Position numbers and translations under genes: made by a program. DNA of 64,000 bases from an uncultured Anaerolineales bacterium (GTDB lineage Bacteria; Chloroflexota; Anaerolineae; Anaerolineales; UBA11858): assembly GCA_964457375.1 (NCBI GenBank), contig CAYWFK010000003.1, forward strand, positions 4,652-68,651, in the 5' to 3' direction. Shown one piece after another: positions 36,201 to 44,964 of this stretch. The notes beneath the pieces were generated by a model. It was not told the origin of the DNA. It worked only from the letters and a program-made list of their open reading frames with translations, and ran no database searches. Numbering within the stretch: the first letter of the stretch is position 1; every line of letters begins with the position of its first letter.

Positions 36201-39200
36201 ATGGAACGGCTGCGGGTTCACCGGTTGCACTGGACGCCTCAGGAAATGCGTCTTCACCGGATTTGCATACCTTGCTTGCCGGCGGCCATTTGAAGGTCGG
36301 CACGCATACTTTCTCCGCTTCGTATCTTGGAAACAGCAATACTCTGGCAAGCGCCAGCGGGGATGAAAACCAGGTTGTCAATCCAGCTGCCACAACGTTG
36401 ACAATTGCTTCTTCCGAGAATCCGACGATTTACGGTACGACCCTGGCGATGACGATTACAGTTGCCCAGGAAAATGCCAGCCTGATGACCCCTCAGGGAA
36501 CGGTGCAAATGTATATCGATGGTGTCAAGTTCGGTTCGGTGATGACGCTGGATGCGAACGGTAAGGCATACCGCACTGTACCGTATATGAATCTTTGGCC
36601 GGGACACCACGACATCACCGGCGTTTATACGCCGGCAACACCGGCACAATTCCAGGCGAGCAATAACAATGCACACCCGCTCGACCAGGTGGTCAACAAG
36701 GCTGATCCGGTAATCACGATTTCGGCTGATGTTACCAATCCGGTTGCCAGCGAGAAGATTCAGTATAGTGTCGTGATTAGCCCTTCGATGCCAACGCAAG
36801 GTACTCCCAGCGGAACGGTACAGTTCTATCTGGACGGTAGTCCTGTTGGCAGTCCGGTGACTCTCGATAGTCAGGGACGGGCGAATTGCCCTGAACTGGT
36901 CGCCCTGGATACCGGCACGCATAATATCACGGTGCGTTACAGCGGAGACGATTACTTCAATAGTGTGCCGACTTCTTCTGCATACGTCCATCATGTTTCC
37001 AAAGCCGATACAACCACGGCAATCCAGTCCATTACCCCAACCGAATCGGTTGTCGGGCAGGCAGTTACGGTAAACATACAGGTTGACCCTGTATCACCGG
37101 CAGCCGGAACACCGACCGGAACATTCACTGTAACGAATGGCACGGATAGCTGCACGGGAACTTTGCTGGCGTCAGGCGCAGGCTCTTGTGCGCTGCATCC
37201 GACCAGCCCCGGGATACCCAACCTGACGGCGCAATATGGCGGATCGGCGAATTTCAACGCTTCCGTTTCCTCCGCTTTCAATGGTCCCAAAGTCTCGAAA
37301 GCGAATACGGTTGTGACCATCACCGGTTACGATCCGACCAGCCCGATTGCCTATCAAGCGGTAACGATTACTTTTACTGTTGATCCCGTAGCACCGGGTG
37401 CAGGTACACCGACAGGGTTGGTTACGGTCAGTGATGATCAGGGGCACACCTGTTCGGCGACTGTTTCTGCCGGATCGTGCCAGCTTACTTTCGAGAGCAT
37501 CGGGCAGGTTACCTTGACCGCCACCTATGCAGGGGATGCGAATTTCAATCCATCGACAACCGGGGCGACAACAGGACCTGTTGTGCAAAAGGCACAAACG
37601 ACAAGTGTGGTTGCTTCGGCGAAATCACCGACTGTTTATGGTGAACCGGTGGCGTTTACTGCTACCGTAACAGTCGACAGCCCGGCTTCGGGAACTCCCA
37701 CCGGACAGGTGCAGTTTTCGATCGACGGGACGAATCTCGGTTCTCCTGTAACGCTAACTAACGGGAAGGCGGTTAGCAGTCAAACCCATACACTGGCTGT
37801 CGGTACGCACCATGTCAAAGCAACGTATCTTGGAAATGATGATCTGGATGGCTCCGAATCAGCGGCTATCGATCAGGTTGTCGAAAAAGCAGATACATTG
37901 CTGACGATAACCTCTGAAATAAATCCCTCGCCTTATGGTATGCCGGTTATGGTAACCACTACGGTAACCGGTGCGGCGCCCAGTCTGCTTTCTCCCAAAT
38001 CGGGGACGGTACAGTTTTATATCGATGGTGTTGCTTATGGCAGCCCCGTACCTTTGAAAGCGGATGGTACAGCAAACAAACTGTTGCCTTACACAGCTTT
38101 GTGGGTGGGAACACATCAGATTACAGCCGTTTACAGCGGCAATGCTTCGTTCAACGGCTGCAATAATACGGCCGCACCGTTGTTGCAGGTTGTCGAAGGC
38201 GGAAACCTGACGATTAGCATCGAGGAAACGGTTGGTAATCCGGTCTTCGGGCAAAGTTTGGCGATTACTGCGACGGTTACCGGCAACGGGTCGAACAATC
38301 CGAAGCCGTCGGGAACCGTGAAGTTCTACCTTGACGGTGTCTTGCTGGGTACTCAGAAGACCCTGAATGGCAGCGGAAAAGCGCTGAGTGATGCTTTCTC
38401 GCATCTGAGCGTCGGGCTGCATGATGTCAAAGTCGAATACAGCGGGGATGATTATTACAAACCTTCGGTGCAGATATTCTCCGAGGCAATCGAAATCAGC
38501 AAGGCGGATGCAGCAATCCAATTGCTTGGATCCGTTCCGAACAGTGTTGTTGTCGGGGAACCGTTTACGGTTACTTATACGGTCACTGCTTCGTTACCCG
38601 GTGCGGGTACTCCGACCGGTCTGGTGACGGTCTCGAATGGCAGTGATACCTGTTCTGCACTTGTCAGCGTGGGTAAATGCCAGATAACCCCGTCTGCTGC
38701 TGGTGTTCAGCATCTGAATGCAACTTACAGCGGAGACGGCAACTTCAACGTTGCAACGACAACCTCCGCCATGACCGGAACAACAGTGAACAAAGCCGAT
38801 GTTAGTCTGGCAATTACCAATGTTCCGGCAGGACCAGTTTACGTCCGGCAGCCGTATTCCGTCACTGTTCATGTTGCTGCTGTCGCTCCCGGAACGCACA
38901 TCCCCGTGGGCAAGAACATTACGATCAGTAACGGAGTGGATTCCTGCATCGCCGTTGTTGCTGCGGATGGTACGGCGACCTGCCAGATTTTGCCAACCCA
39001 GGCAACCAGCGGCAGCCCGCTAAAATTGACTGCAACCTTCGCCGGTGACAGCAATTTCAACAGCGCAACTTCCGCACAGGTTAGCGGTCCGACAGTGAAC
39101 AAGGGTGATACGACAACGACTGTCGAAACCAGCAAAACCATGGTGAAAACCGGAGAATCGGTGCAGTTCACCGCTCATGTAAACACGCAGTCGCCTCCAG

Positions 39201-39886
39201 GCGGAACAGCGGACGGCAGTGTGCAGTTCACCGTCGATGGGGTAAACTTCGGCCCGCCCGTGGCGTTGAGCAGTGGTGTTGCAACCCTGAGCACCGCATC
39301 CCTGGCGACAGGCAAACATCAAATCAAAGCCAACTATCAGGGAAGCAGCAGCTATAACGCCAGCAGTTCTTCGGCGGTTGCCGTAACCGTGGTCGATGGA
39401 GACAAATTCGTCGAAGTGTCACCGGCAATCACAACCACGTTGGTCTATACTCATGTCCAGAAGGGCGCTGTGCAAACGACAACGATTACCATTCCTGCCG
39501 GTGCAGTCAGCCAGACGGTCTCACTGGTTTACAAACAAGTGAATCCTTCTTCGCTGCTGCCGCCAACCGGCTTGACCTTCGTTTCGAACTTCAATCTCAA
39601 GGTTTATGTCGACGGCGTTTATGCACCGAACTATGATTTCATCAAGCCGATTGTCGTCAGAATGACATACGACCCGAAGAATTGGCAGTCAGGTACCCTC
39701 GATGTTTCCGGTTGGAACGGGACGACCTGGAACAAGACATGGCTGGGTTCGTTCGCTAACAATGAGACAGAAGGCTGGATGGACTTTACGATTGCAGGTA
39801 TTCATGATCTTGAGTTCGCACTAAGCGGCAAGACCAGAAAGCCTGCTGACGCTTACAAAGTGTTCCTGCCGATCATCTTCCCGTAA
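33272..39886 (+). CDS. giant secreted/surface protein: N-terminal signal-anchor, jelly-roll (CBM-like) region, cadherin-like domain, He_PIG-like Ig domain, 15 tandem Ig-like (Big_3-type) repeats, and an unassigned 165-aa C-terminal domain
   Basis: 2204 aa with a GGGAGG RBS. Hydrophobic N-terminus (YAVMILGLVLSVV). NAGFETGDFTDW motif. VNDAP...FDYETKNTYTVRIRSTD is cadherin-like. GSLPPGLTLNATTGVVSGTPTAAGTYNF is He_PIG-like. Fifteen units of about 94-105 aa each start K[AG][ND]TT-like and end ATY.G[DN].N[FY]N.S. Confidence 0.9.
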   Translation: MFTNGMNRKLKGFRLRAAVSKLMYAVMILGLVLSVVRPTTVLGGTASGLDDLAYTEGDGWVYLDSSVTVSSTTNDWSDGYIDIEITGNGSPADQLRIQSSGNLTVVGDAVSWNGTRIGTIDPVRNGVNGQPLRINFSASLKNAGFETGDFTDWVVNTNFPGLAGDTPNGIYQDASVVTSPVSSGNYAAKLHLTGNVSVAYGTAHGPTLTSSSFYAKAGNNLSLTWRAEDSGDDYDVYGYINNVATGTQQQLFYDRGDNTGGWVNLNSTIDSTVCPSGVCELQFQFIAGTYDASGGKYVGTTMYIDGIQIVTTAAQDDAVDYIVEHIEYENTSDNPKSTKPYKLTMKDSGSTGTATATINITGVNDAPTDIQLSNDNIQENQPVNTVIGALTTSDPDDTTFTYTLVAGTGDDDNASFNISGNNLRSSEIFDYETKNTYTVRIRSTDSHAASTEKSFTIHVTNQNEAATAFTNGAPPDGDLGVAYNFTFAANGDPTPTYSVSSGSLPPGLTLNATTGVVSGTPTAAGTYNFEITATNVAGSYSKDYSIKINKGNATTTIVTDLPDPSKYGQNYAVAVSVTSAVSIVPTGTVTVTDGTHTCQVTLSGGVGSCNLPSTSIGAVTITATYPGNANYNGSSDTEAHTIEKANTTTTITSDAPDPSKYGQNYSVSVSVSSDTTAVPTGTVNVSDGTNSCTATLSGGSGSCDLPSTSVGAATITATYAANTNFNASSGTEGHTVEKANTTVTITGDAPDASVYGQNYTVAVSVTADTTAVPTGTVNVSDGTNSCTATLSSGSGSCVLPSTSAGGITVTATYPANANFNASSGTEGHTVEKANTTTAVNRSVVSPVYGQPVSFTATVSTVSPGSYTPEGMVQFYIDGSAFGSPVALSGGTATSQSTTALDVGSHTYYAEYLGDSNNNPSDSMPATSFGVSKNSTTTSVVSSKTPSVYGEAIHLTATVTEVAPSVVTPVGQVQFYVDGTAAGSPVALDASGNASSPDLHTLLAGGHLKVGTHTFSASYLGNSNTLASASGDENQVVNPAATTLTIASSENPTIYGTTLAMTITVAQENASLMTPQGTVQMYIDGVKFGSVMTLDANGKAYRTVPYMNLWPGHHDITGVYTPATPAQFQASNNNAHPLDQVVNKADPVITISADVTNPVASEKIQYSVVISPSMPTQGTPSGTVQFYLDGSPVGSPVTLDSQGRANCPELVALDTGTHNITVRYSGDDYFNSVPTSSAYVHHVSKADTTTAIQSITPTESVVGQAVTVNIQVDPVSPAAGTPTGTFTVTNGTDSCTGTLLASGAGSCALHPTSPGIPNLTAQYGGSANFNASVSSAFNGPKVSKANTVVTITGYDPTSPIAYQAVTITFTVDPVAPGAGTPTGLVTVSDDQGHTCSATVSAGSCQLTFESIGQVTLTATYAGDANFNPSTTGATTGPVVQKAQTTSVVASAKSPTVYGEPVAFTATVTVDSPASGTPTGQVQFSIDGTNLGSPVTLTNGKAVSSQTHTLAVGTHHVKATYLGNDDLDGSESAAIDQVVEKADTLLTITSEINPSPYGMPVMVTTTVTGAAPSLLSPKSGTVQFYIDGVAYGSPVPLKADGTANKLLPYTALWVGTHQITAVYSGNASFNGCNNTAAPLLQVVEGGNLTISIEETVGNPVFGQSLAITATVTGNGSNNPKPSGTVKFYLDGVLLGTQKTLNGSGKALSDAFSHLSVGLHDVKVEYSGDDYYKPSVQIFSEAIEISKADAAIQLLGSVPNSVVVGEPFTVTYTVTASLPGAGTPTGLVTVSNGSDTCSALVSVGKCQITPSAAGVQHLNATYSGDGNFNVATTTSAMTGTTVNKADVSLAITNVPAGPVYVRQPYSVTVHVAAVAPGTHIPVGKNITISNGVDSCIAVVAADGTATCQILPTQATSGSPLKLTATFAGDSNFNSATSAQVSGPTVNKGDTTTTVETSKTMVKTGESVQFTAHVNTQSPPGGTADGSVQFTVDGVNFGPPVALSSGVATLSTASLATGKHQIKANYQGSSSYNASSSSAVAVTVVDGDKFVEVSPAITTTLVYTHVQKGAVQTTTITIPAGAVSQTVSLVYKQVNPSSLLPPTGLTFVSNFNLKVYVDGVYAPNYDFIKPIVVRMTYDPKNWQSGTLDVSGWNGTTWNKTWLGSFANNETEGWMDFTIAGIHDLEFALSGKTRKPADAYKVFLPIIFP
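34919..35764 (+). repeat. three tandem 282-bp coding repeats (Ig-like units 1-3); units 2 and 3 are near-identical at DNA level
   Basis: Units are 34919-35200, 35201-35482 and 35483-35764. For example, 35291-35400 and 35573-35682 differ at only a few positions (GATACTACCGCAGTGCCGAC...GAATTCCTGCACGGCGACTCTCTCC). Confidence 0.9.
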
Positions 39887-39902
39887 CGGAAGTGGTCGAT
39901 GA

Positions 39903-39935
39903 CGGGGCTGCTTTTTAGGCAGCCCCGTTTTTTTT
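39903..39935 (+). terminator. intrinsic terminator of the giant gene
   Basis: CGGGGCTGC (39903-39911), 7-nt loop, GCAGCCCCG (39919-39927), then T8. Confidence 0.85.
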
Positions 39936-40061
39936 ATTCTTTCAGGCAACGGGGAAATTTCCTGACGGCGGTGGATTAATGCTAGCAATCAGGGGAAAAC
40001 GATTTGCTTTGAATGGTGTTTCTAGGTTAATGAATGAACAGCGCTTTGAGGAGTGTGGCGG

Positions 40062-40919
40062 ATGACAGCGAGAATAGCAATTATTACGGATACGGATTCC
40101 AGTATTCCCCCGGCTATGGCATGGGAACATCAGATACAGCAGGTGCCAATCGTCGTTACGTTCGGGGATGAGAGTTTCGAAACCTGGAAGGATATCGATG
40201 ATGAAAGGCTCTTCGAGAGAATAGACAGGGAAGGCGTTTTGCCGACCACGGCAGCGCCGTCTCCCGGAAAATTTGCCGCTGCCTATCAGCAGGCCATCGA
40301 AAACGGTGCGGAACAAATCGTATGCTTTACGGTCAGCAGCCGGGTCAGTGCCACGTATAACGCCGCACTTGCTGCTTGTGACCAGTTTTCGGGAGTGGAC
40401 ATCAGTGTGGTCGATACACTGAGCCTGACAATGGGACAGGGTTTCATTGTGCTCGAAGCTGCCCGTAGAAGGGACCGGGGGGCAAACAAGGATGAAATTA
40501 TTGCGGCTGCCGAGGATATTCGTTCGCGGACACATATGTTCTTTGCTTTGGCAACGTTGAAATATCTGGCAATGAGCGGAAGGGTTGGCCATTTGGCGGC
40601 GGGGATGGCGGCGCTTCTGAACATCAAGCCGATTTTGACGATCCGGGATGGAAAATTGGATATGCTCGAAAAGGTACGGACGCAGCGCAAAGCGTGGGCA
40701 CGGCTGGTGAAACTGTGCGAAGAAACACGCGGCGGTGCGGAAATCGAATCCATGGCAATGGTGCATGTCAAGGCTGCTCCGGAAGCACGTAGCCTTGAAG
40801 CCTTGATTAGGGAAAGCGTTCCCTGCCCGAGGGAATCGATTGTCGTAGACCTTAGCCCGGGCCTTTCCGTCCATAGCGGGGCAGGGATGGCAGGTATAAC
40901 TTTCGTAACAGCGAAATGA
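40062..40919 (+). CDS. DegV-family fatty-acid-binding protein
   Basis: IAIITDTDSSIP..., TAAPSPG, and SGRVG in the C-terminal half are typical DegV motifs. ATG 40062 has GAGGAG upstream. GTG 40053 is an alternative start. Confidence 0.88.
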   Translation: MTARIAIITDTDSSIPPAMAWEHQIQQVPIVVTFGDESFETWKDIDDERLFERIDREGVLPTTAAPSPGKFAAAYQQAIENGAEQIVCFTVSSRVSATYNAALAACDQFSGVDISVVDTLSLTMGQGFIVLEAARRRDRGANKDEIIAAAEDIRSRTHMFFALATLKYLAMSGRVGHLAAGMAALLNIKPILTIRDGKLDMLEKVRTQRKAWARLVKLCEETRGGAEIESMAMVHVKAAPEARSLEALIRESVPCPRESIVVDLSPGLSVHSGAGMAGITFVTAK

Positions 40920-40960
40920 CAGCTGTTTGACAGCCATTTGCCAAATGTTTTATCTGATAA

Positions 40961-40992
40961 AACAGCCTCCGGGTTTTTCACCGGAGGCTGTT
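40961..40992. terminator. hairpin terminator between convergent degV-like and ileS genes
   Basis: Perfect 12-bp stem AACAGCCTCCGG / CCGGAGGCTGTT with an 8-nt loop. There is a U4 tract on the minus-strand side and U3 on the plus side. Confidence 0.65.
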
Positions 40993-41021
40993 TACCTGGA
41001 TGGTTTGTTATTGCGTTGGTG

Positions 41022-44000
41022 TTATGCGGCGCGGCGTATACCGATTTTCAGAACCTTGCCGTCGATTTTTTGTTCTTCCTGATAGGCATCTTTGGGCGGT
41101 TCCTGTGCTTTGAGCATGGTCGTGAGCGTTTCCGCCTTGATGTAATCGCGCCATGATTCGATGACATCGATGATTTCTCCTTCGCCCTGATACCAGGTTT
41201 CGATGCGGTCTTCGATGTTGAAGTCTGCGTTCTTGCGCATGGATTGAATGCGCCTGACGATTTCACGTGCCAATCCTTCAGAACGCAATTCGGGGGTAAT
41301 GACCGAATCGATTGCTACGGTAACCAGTTTGTCCGAGACGACTGCCAAACCTTCCGCCGGCTGGGTGTTCACCAGGACTTCTTCGGGTGTCAGGGTGATT
41401 GCTTCGCCGTCCAGTTCGAGATCGATGTTTTCCCCGTTGGATACCTTGTGAGCGATTTCGGATGCATCGAGGGCGCTCAACGCTTTGCGCAGAGCGGGGA
41501 ATTTGGCACCGAATTTTGGCCCGAGGAGTTTGTTGTTGGGCAGGATTTGGTAGGAAACCAGATTTTCTGCATTATCGACGAATTCGAGTGATTTGATGTT
41601 CAGCTCGTCGGTGATGATTGCAATCAGTTCGTTGCTCAATTCCGCCTTGCCTTCCCGAACGTATGCAAAGACTTTTGCCAGCGGCTGGCGCACTTTGATT
41701 CCGGCGCTGCTGCGTGCACTCAGCCCCAGGCTGGCGATTCGCCGGGCAAGTGACATTTGCTCGACGAGGTCCGTATCGATAGCGTTCTCGTCCGCCAGCG
41801 GATATGTGGTGTGATGGATGCTCGCATAAGCCTGTGGATGAACATTGCGCACCAGGTTTTGGTACATTTCTTCGGTTACGAAAGGAATGAGCGGGGCAAG
41901 CGTTCTGCTCAGTTTTAACAGGACGTGATATAGCGTTGCGTAAGCGGTGTTCTTGTCGTCATCGTGTTCGCTCTTCCAAAACCGGCGGCGTGAACGGCGG
42001 ACGTACCAGTTGGTCAGGTCATCGATCATGCTTTCTGTTGTGATCGTCGCATTGAAAGCATCGGAGTTTTCCAGTGATTTGGTCACGCTTGCCACGACCT
42101 GGTTCAGGCGAGCAAGTATCCAGCGGTCGAGGGGATTGCTGCTTGCGGGAGTGTTCCCTTCCGGCACTTCGGGATCGAACGATGCGTTTTGAGGTTCCCA
42201 ATGATCCAGGCTGGCATATGTGGCGAAGAAGCTGTAAACATTCCATAAGGGGATGAGGAAGCGGCGTCGTGTTTCTTCTGCGCGCTGGAACCCGAAGAGC
42301 AAGTTGTTTTCCGGTTTGTGGGAACAATAGAGCCAGCGCATCACATCGACGCCCATTTTGTCTGCCGCTTCATTGAATTCGATGGCGTTCCCCCATGATT
42401 TGTGCATTTCACGGCCATCTTCTGCCATCAGGCTGGCATAACTGAAGTTTTGCAGGAAAGGCGGACTGTTGTCGATGACGGTTGCCATGGCAAGCAGGCT
42501 GTAAAACCAGTTGCGGAACTGTCCGGGGAAGGATTCGCTGATCCAGTGAGCCGGATACCATTTGCGCCAGAATTCAGGGTTTCGCCGGTATTGCAATGTG
42601 CTGAAAGGAACGATACCGGCATCCAGCCAGGGGTTGCCGACATCCGGAATGCGATTCATCGTACCCCCGCATTTTTCGCATTGAATTTTGACTGCATCGA
42701 TATATGGTCTGTGCGGGGTATGTCCGTCAAGTACGTCCAGCCCGGCGACAGCGCGTTCCTGCAATTCTGTTTCACTGCCGATGACGGTATGGTGTCCACA
42801 GTCTTCGCAGACCCAAATCGGCAGGGCAAGTCCCCAAAAGCGTTTCTTCGAGATCATCCAGTCGTGCATGTTCTTGAGCCAGTCCATTTCGCGGGAATAG
42901 CCGAATTCCGGAATCCAGCGGATTTGATCGACAACATCCATGATTTGGTAACGCAAACTGTGCTCTTTTTCTTCTTTGGTGAGTTCTTCGCGCGGCTTGT
43001 CGTAGGTTTCTCCCATGCTGATGAACCATTCATCGACCAGGCGGAAAACGAGTTCTGTCTTGCAGCGCCAGCAGGTGGGGTAGCGGTGGGTGTAAGGTTC
43101 GACATTGTAGAGAATGCCTTTTTTCTCGAGATTGGCAAAAATCTCATCGGCGACGGTCGAGACGTGCTTGCCGGTAACCCAGTCGAAACCATCGATGAAG
43201 TAGCCTTCGTCGTTGAGCGGTGCGATTAGCGGGAACCGATGCTCTTTGCCAAGCTGAAAGTCTTCAGCACCACAGCCGGGGGCGATATGCACGATGCCGG
43301 TGCCTTCGGTTTCGCCAACTTCGTCCCAAAGGATCACCTGATGGACGTCAACGGCGCTTTCATGAATATCTTTGATTAGCTGTTTGATGTGGGTGATTCC
43401 CCCGGGGCTTTGGGCGGCGGGTAATTCGTCGAAAGGTCCGTCATACGTCCAGCCTTCCATTTCCGACCCTTTGATTTCTCCGATTACTTGATAATCTCCG
43501 CGCAGCATGTGCAGGGTGCCCGTGGAAAGATAAACGATTTCATCCCCTTGTTTGACTTTGGCATAGGTGAGGTCCTTGCCAACGGCAGCGGCGACATTGC
43601 TGGTCAATGTCCAGGGTGTTGTTGTCCAGACAAGCAGGGATTCGTTTTTTCTGCCTCGCAGGGGGAAGCGCAGGGTAACACTGCGATGCGTGAGTTCTGC
43701 ATAACCATCCGTGACGATTTCGTGCTGGCTGATTCCAGTGGCGCACCGCGGGCACCATGGCATAACGTCTGCACCGTGGTAGAGCCAGCCTTTTTCCCAG
43801 GTTTTCTTGATGAAAGCCCAAATCATATAGTTGTTTTCATTGGAAAACGTGAAATAACTGCCTCCCAGTTCCGGTAAACCGAGATGACCAACGATTTGTT
43901 CGACCGTATCGGTAACGGGACCTTCAGGGCCTTCGATGGTGATGACTTGGGATGGGTCTTCCGCAAGCTTGTCTGCCAGCATGCGCAGCGTTTCCGGATC

Positions 44001-44438
44001 GTTCCAGTCCATCCAGTAGCCCAGGCGGATGGATTGACCTGTTTGGACAGCAGCGTAGCGCAGGACGCGTTCTTTGCATTTCAGAACGAATTTATCCAGG
44101 CCGTAGGATTCGATATCTTTCTTGGATTGAAAACCGAGTTGTTTTTCGACTTCCACTTCGACCCATAATCCCTGGCAGTCGAAACCGTTTTGATAGCGCA
44201 ATTCCCTGCCGCGCATCGTCCAGAAGCGGTTGAAGACGTCTTTGTAAGTTCTGCCCCAGCCGTGATGTACACCCATTGGATTGTTGGCAGTGATTGGCCC
44301 GTCGATGAAAGACCAGGGCGGTTGCCCTTTGTGAATGGCGCGTTGTTTTTCGAAGGCGTTTGTTTCTTTCCAAAACTTGAGAATTTCATGTTCTTTGGCG
44401 ATGAAATCGATTTTATTGGGTACTTGTTCGAATGGCAT
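41022..44438 (-). CDS. ileS: isoleucine--tRNA ligase (long, type-2-like)
   Basis: 1138 aa. HIGH-class motif as PMGVHHGWGR, KMSKS as EMHKSWGN, a CP1 editing region and Zn-ribbon cysteines (CPRC, CWRC, CEDCG, CEKCG). AGGAG RBS. Confidence 0.95.
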   Translation of the reverse strand: MPFEQVPNKIDFIAKEHEILKFWKETNAFEKQRAIHKGQPPWSFIDGPITANNPMGVHHGWGRTYKDVFNRFWTMRGRELRYQNGFDCQGLWVEVEVEKQLGFQSKKDIESYGLDKFVLKCKERVLRYAAVQTGQSIRLGYWMDWNDPETLRMLADKLAEDPSQVITIEGPEGPVTDTVEQIVGHLGLPELGGSYFTFSNENNYMIWAFIKKTWEKGWLYHGADVMPWCPRCATGISQHEIVTDGYAELTHRSVTLRFPLRGRKNESLLVWTTTPWTLTSNVAAAVGKDLTYAKVKQGDEIVYLSTGTLHMLRGDYQVIGEIKGSEMEGWTYDGPFDELPAAQSPGGITHIKQLIKDIHESAVDVHQVILWDEVGETEGTGIVHIAPGCGAEDFQLGKEHRFPLIAPLNDEGYFIDGFDWVTGKHVSTVADEIFANLEKKGILYNVEPYTHRYPTCWRCKTELVFRLVDEWFISMGETYDKPREELTKEEKEHSLRYQIMDVVDQIRWIPEFGYSREMDWLKNMHDWMISKKRFWGLALPIWVCEDCGHHTVIGSETELQERAVAGLDVLDGHTPHRPYIDAVKIQCEKCGGTMNRIPDVGNPWLDAGIVPFSTLQYRRNPEFWRKWYPAHWISESFPGQFRNWFYSLLAMATVIDNSPPFLQNFSYASLMAEDGREMHKSWGNAIEFNEAADKMGVDVMRWLYCSHKPENNLLFGFQRAEETRRRFLIPLWNVYSFFATYASLDHWEPQNASFDPEVPEGNTPASSNPLDRWILARLNQVVASVTKSLENSDAFNATITTESMIDDLTNWYVRRSRRRFWKSEHDDDKNTAYATLYHVLLKLSRTLAPLIPFVTEEMYQNLVRNVHPQAYASIHHTTYPLADENAIDTDLVEQMSLARRIASLGLSARSSAGIKVRQPLAKVFAYVREGKAELSNELIAIITDELNIKSLEFVDNAENLVSYQILPNNKLLGPKFGAKFPALRKALSALDASEIAHKVSNGENIDLELDGEAITLTPEEVLVNTQPAEGLAVVSDKLVTVAIDSVITPELRSEGLAREIVRRIQSMRKNADFNIEDRIETWYQGEGEIIDVIESWRDYIKAETLTTMLKAQEPPKDAYQEEQKIDGKVLKIGIRRAA

Positions 44439-44501
44439 ATTCTTGCTCCTGCGAATCTTTTGTTGCTTTTTGTTCGGGGGGCGGGAAGCCTACCCGTAAA
44501 T

Positions 44502-44700
44502 AAAAAAACCCTTGTCCCGGTCAGGGACGAGAGTTTAACATTCCCGCGGTACCACCCCGATTCCCACTCAAGAGTGGGCAGCTTTTTCAGGTACGGCCGG
44601 TGCTGTTTGATGTTGATGCCGGTTTATACCTGCGTCGGTGATAACGGGCGACGATCCCGACTCACTTAATTTGCGGATGCATTTCAGATTGTGGCTCCGG
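44502..44700 (-). promoter_or_regulatory. T-box riboswitch leader with intrinsic terminator, upstream of ileS
   Basis: On the minus-strand RNA: Stem III-like hairpin CCCACUCUUGAGUGGG, then AAUCGGGGUGGUACCGCGGG (the T-box core GGUGGUACCGCG; plus-strand 44545-44559). A terminator follows: CUCUCGUCCC, UGACC loop, GGGACAAGGG, then U7 (44502-44533). AUC triplets lie at 44617-44615 and 44611-44609. Confidence 0.8.
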
Positions 44701-44955
44701 AAGGATTTTCCGCCTATGTGCCTGATCCGGCTTACACCAATGCCCGGACTCGCTGTCAGACAACCAGGGGCGTACTCGTTTCCATCATTGCCTTTGTGTA
44801 TTTCTCTTGTCAAGCGGGATTAAACCACAAACGATGGCTTAGGTCAACCGGTGCCGGGCTTTTTGCGAGCAATCGGCGGTGCAGCGGGTCTTTGCCTGCT
44901 GATAATCCGCAAAATGTTCTTCGGCAACCGGTTGTTTCATACAAGGGCAGCATGC

Positions 44956-44964
44956 GTGGTATAA
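44956..44964 (+). promoter_or_regulatory. candidate extended -10 element (TGGTATAAT) for the dtxR-feo operon
   Basis: TGgTATAAT lies 36 nt upstream of ATG 45000. There is no good -35 hexamer. Sequence match only. Confidence 0.35.

Noticed and set aside
39942-40937. 331-aa minus-strand ORF (and 40286-40981) opposite the DegV gene
   Set aside because: It is a shadow ORF. The DegV frame has family motifs and an RBS, while the antisense translation is Arg/Cys/Pro-rich.
44839-44857. IdeR/DtxR-box-like half site TTAGGTCAACC upstream of dtxR
   Set aside because: Only the left half (TTAGGT) matches the 19-bp palindromic consensus and the right half is unrelated. It lies about 120 bp upstream of the putative -10 element.
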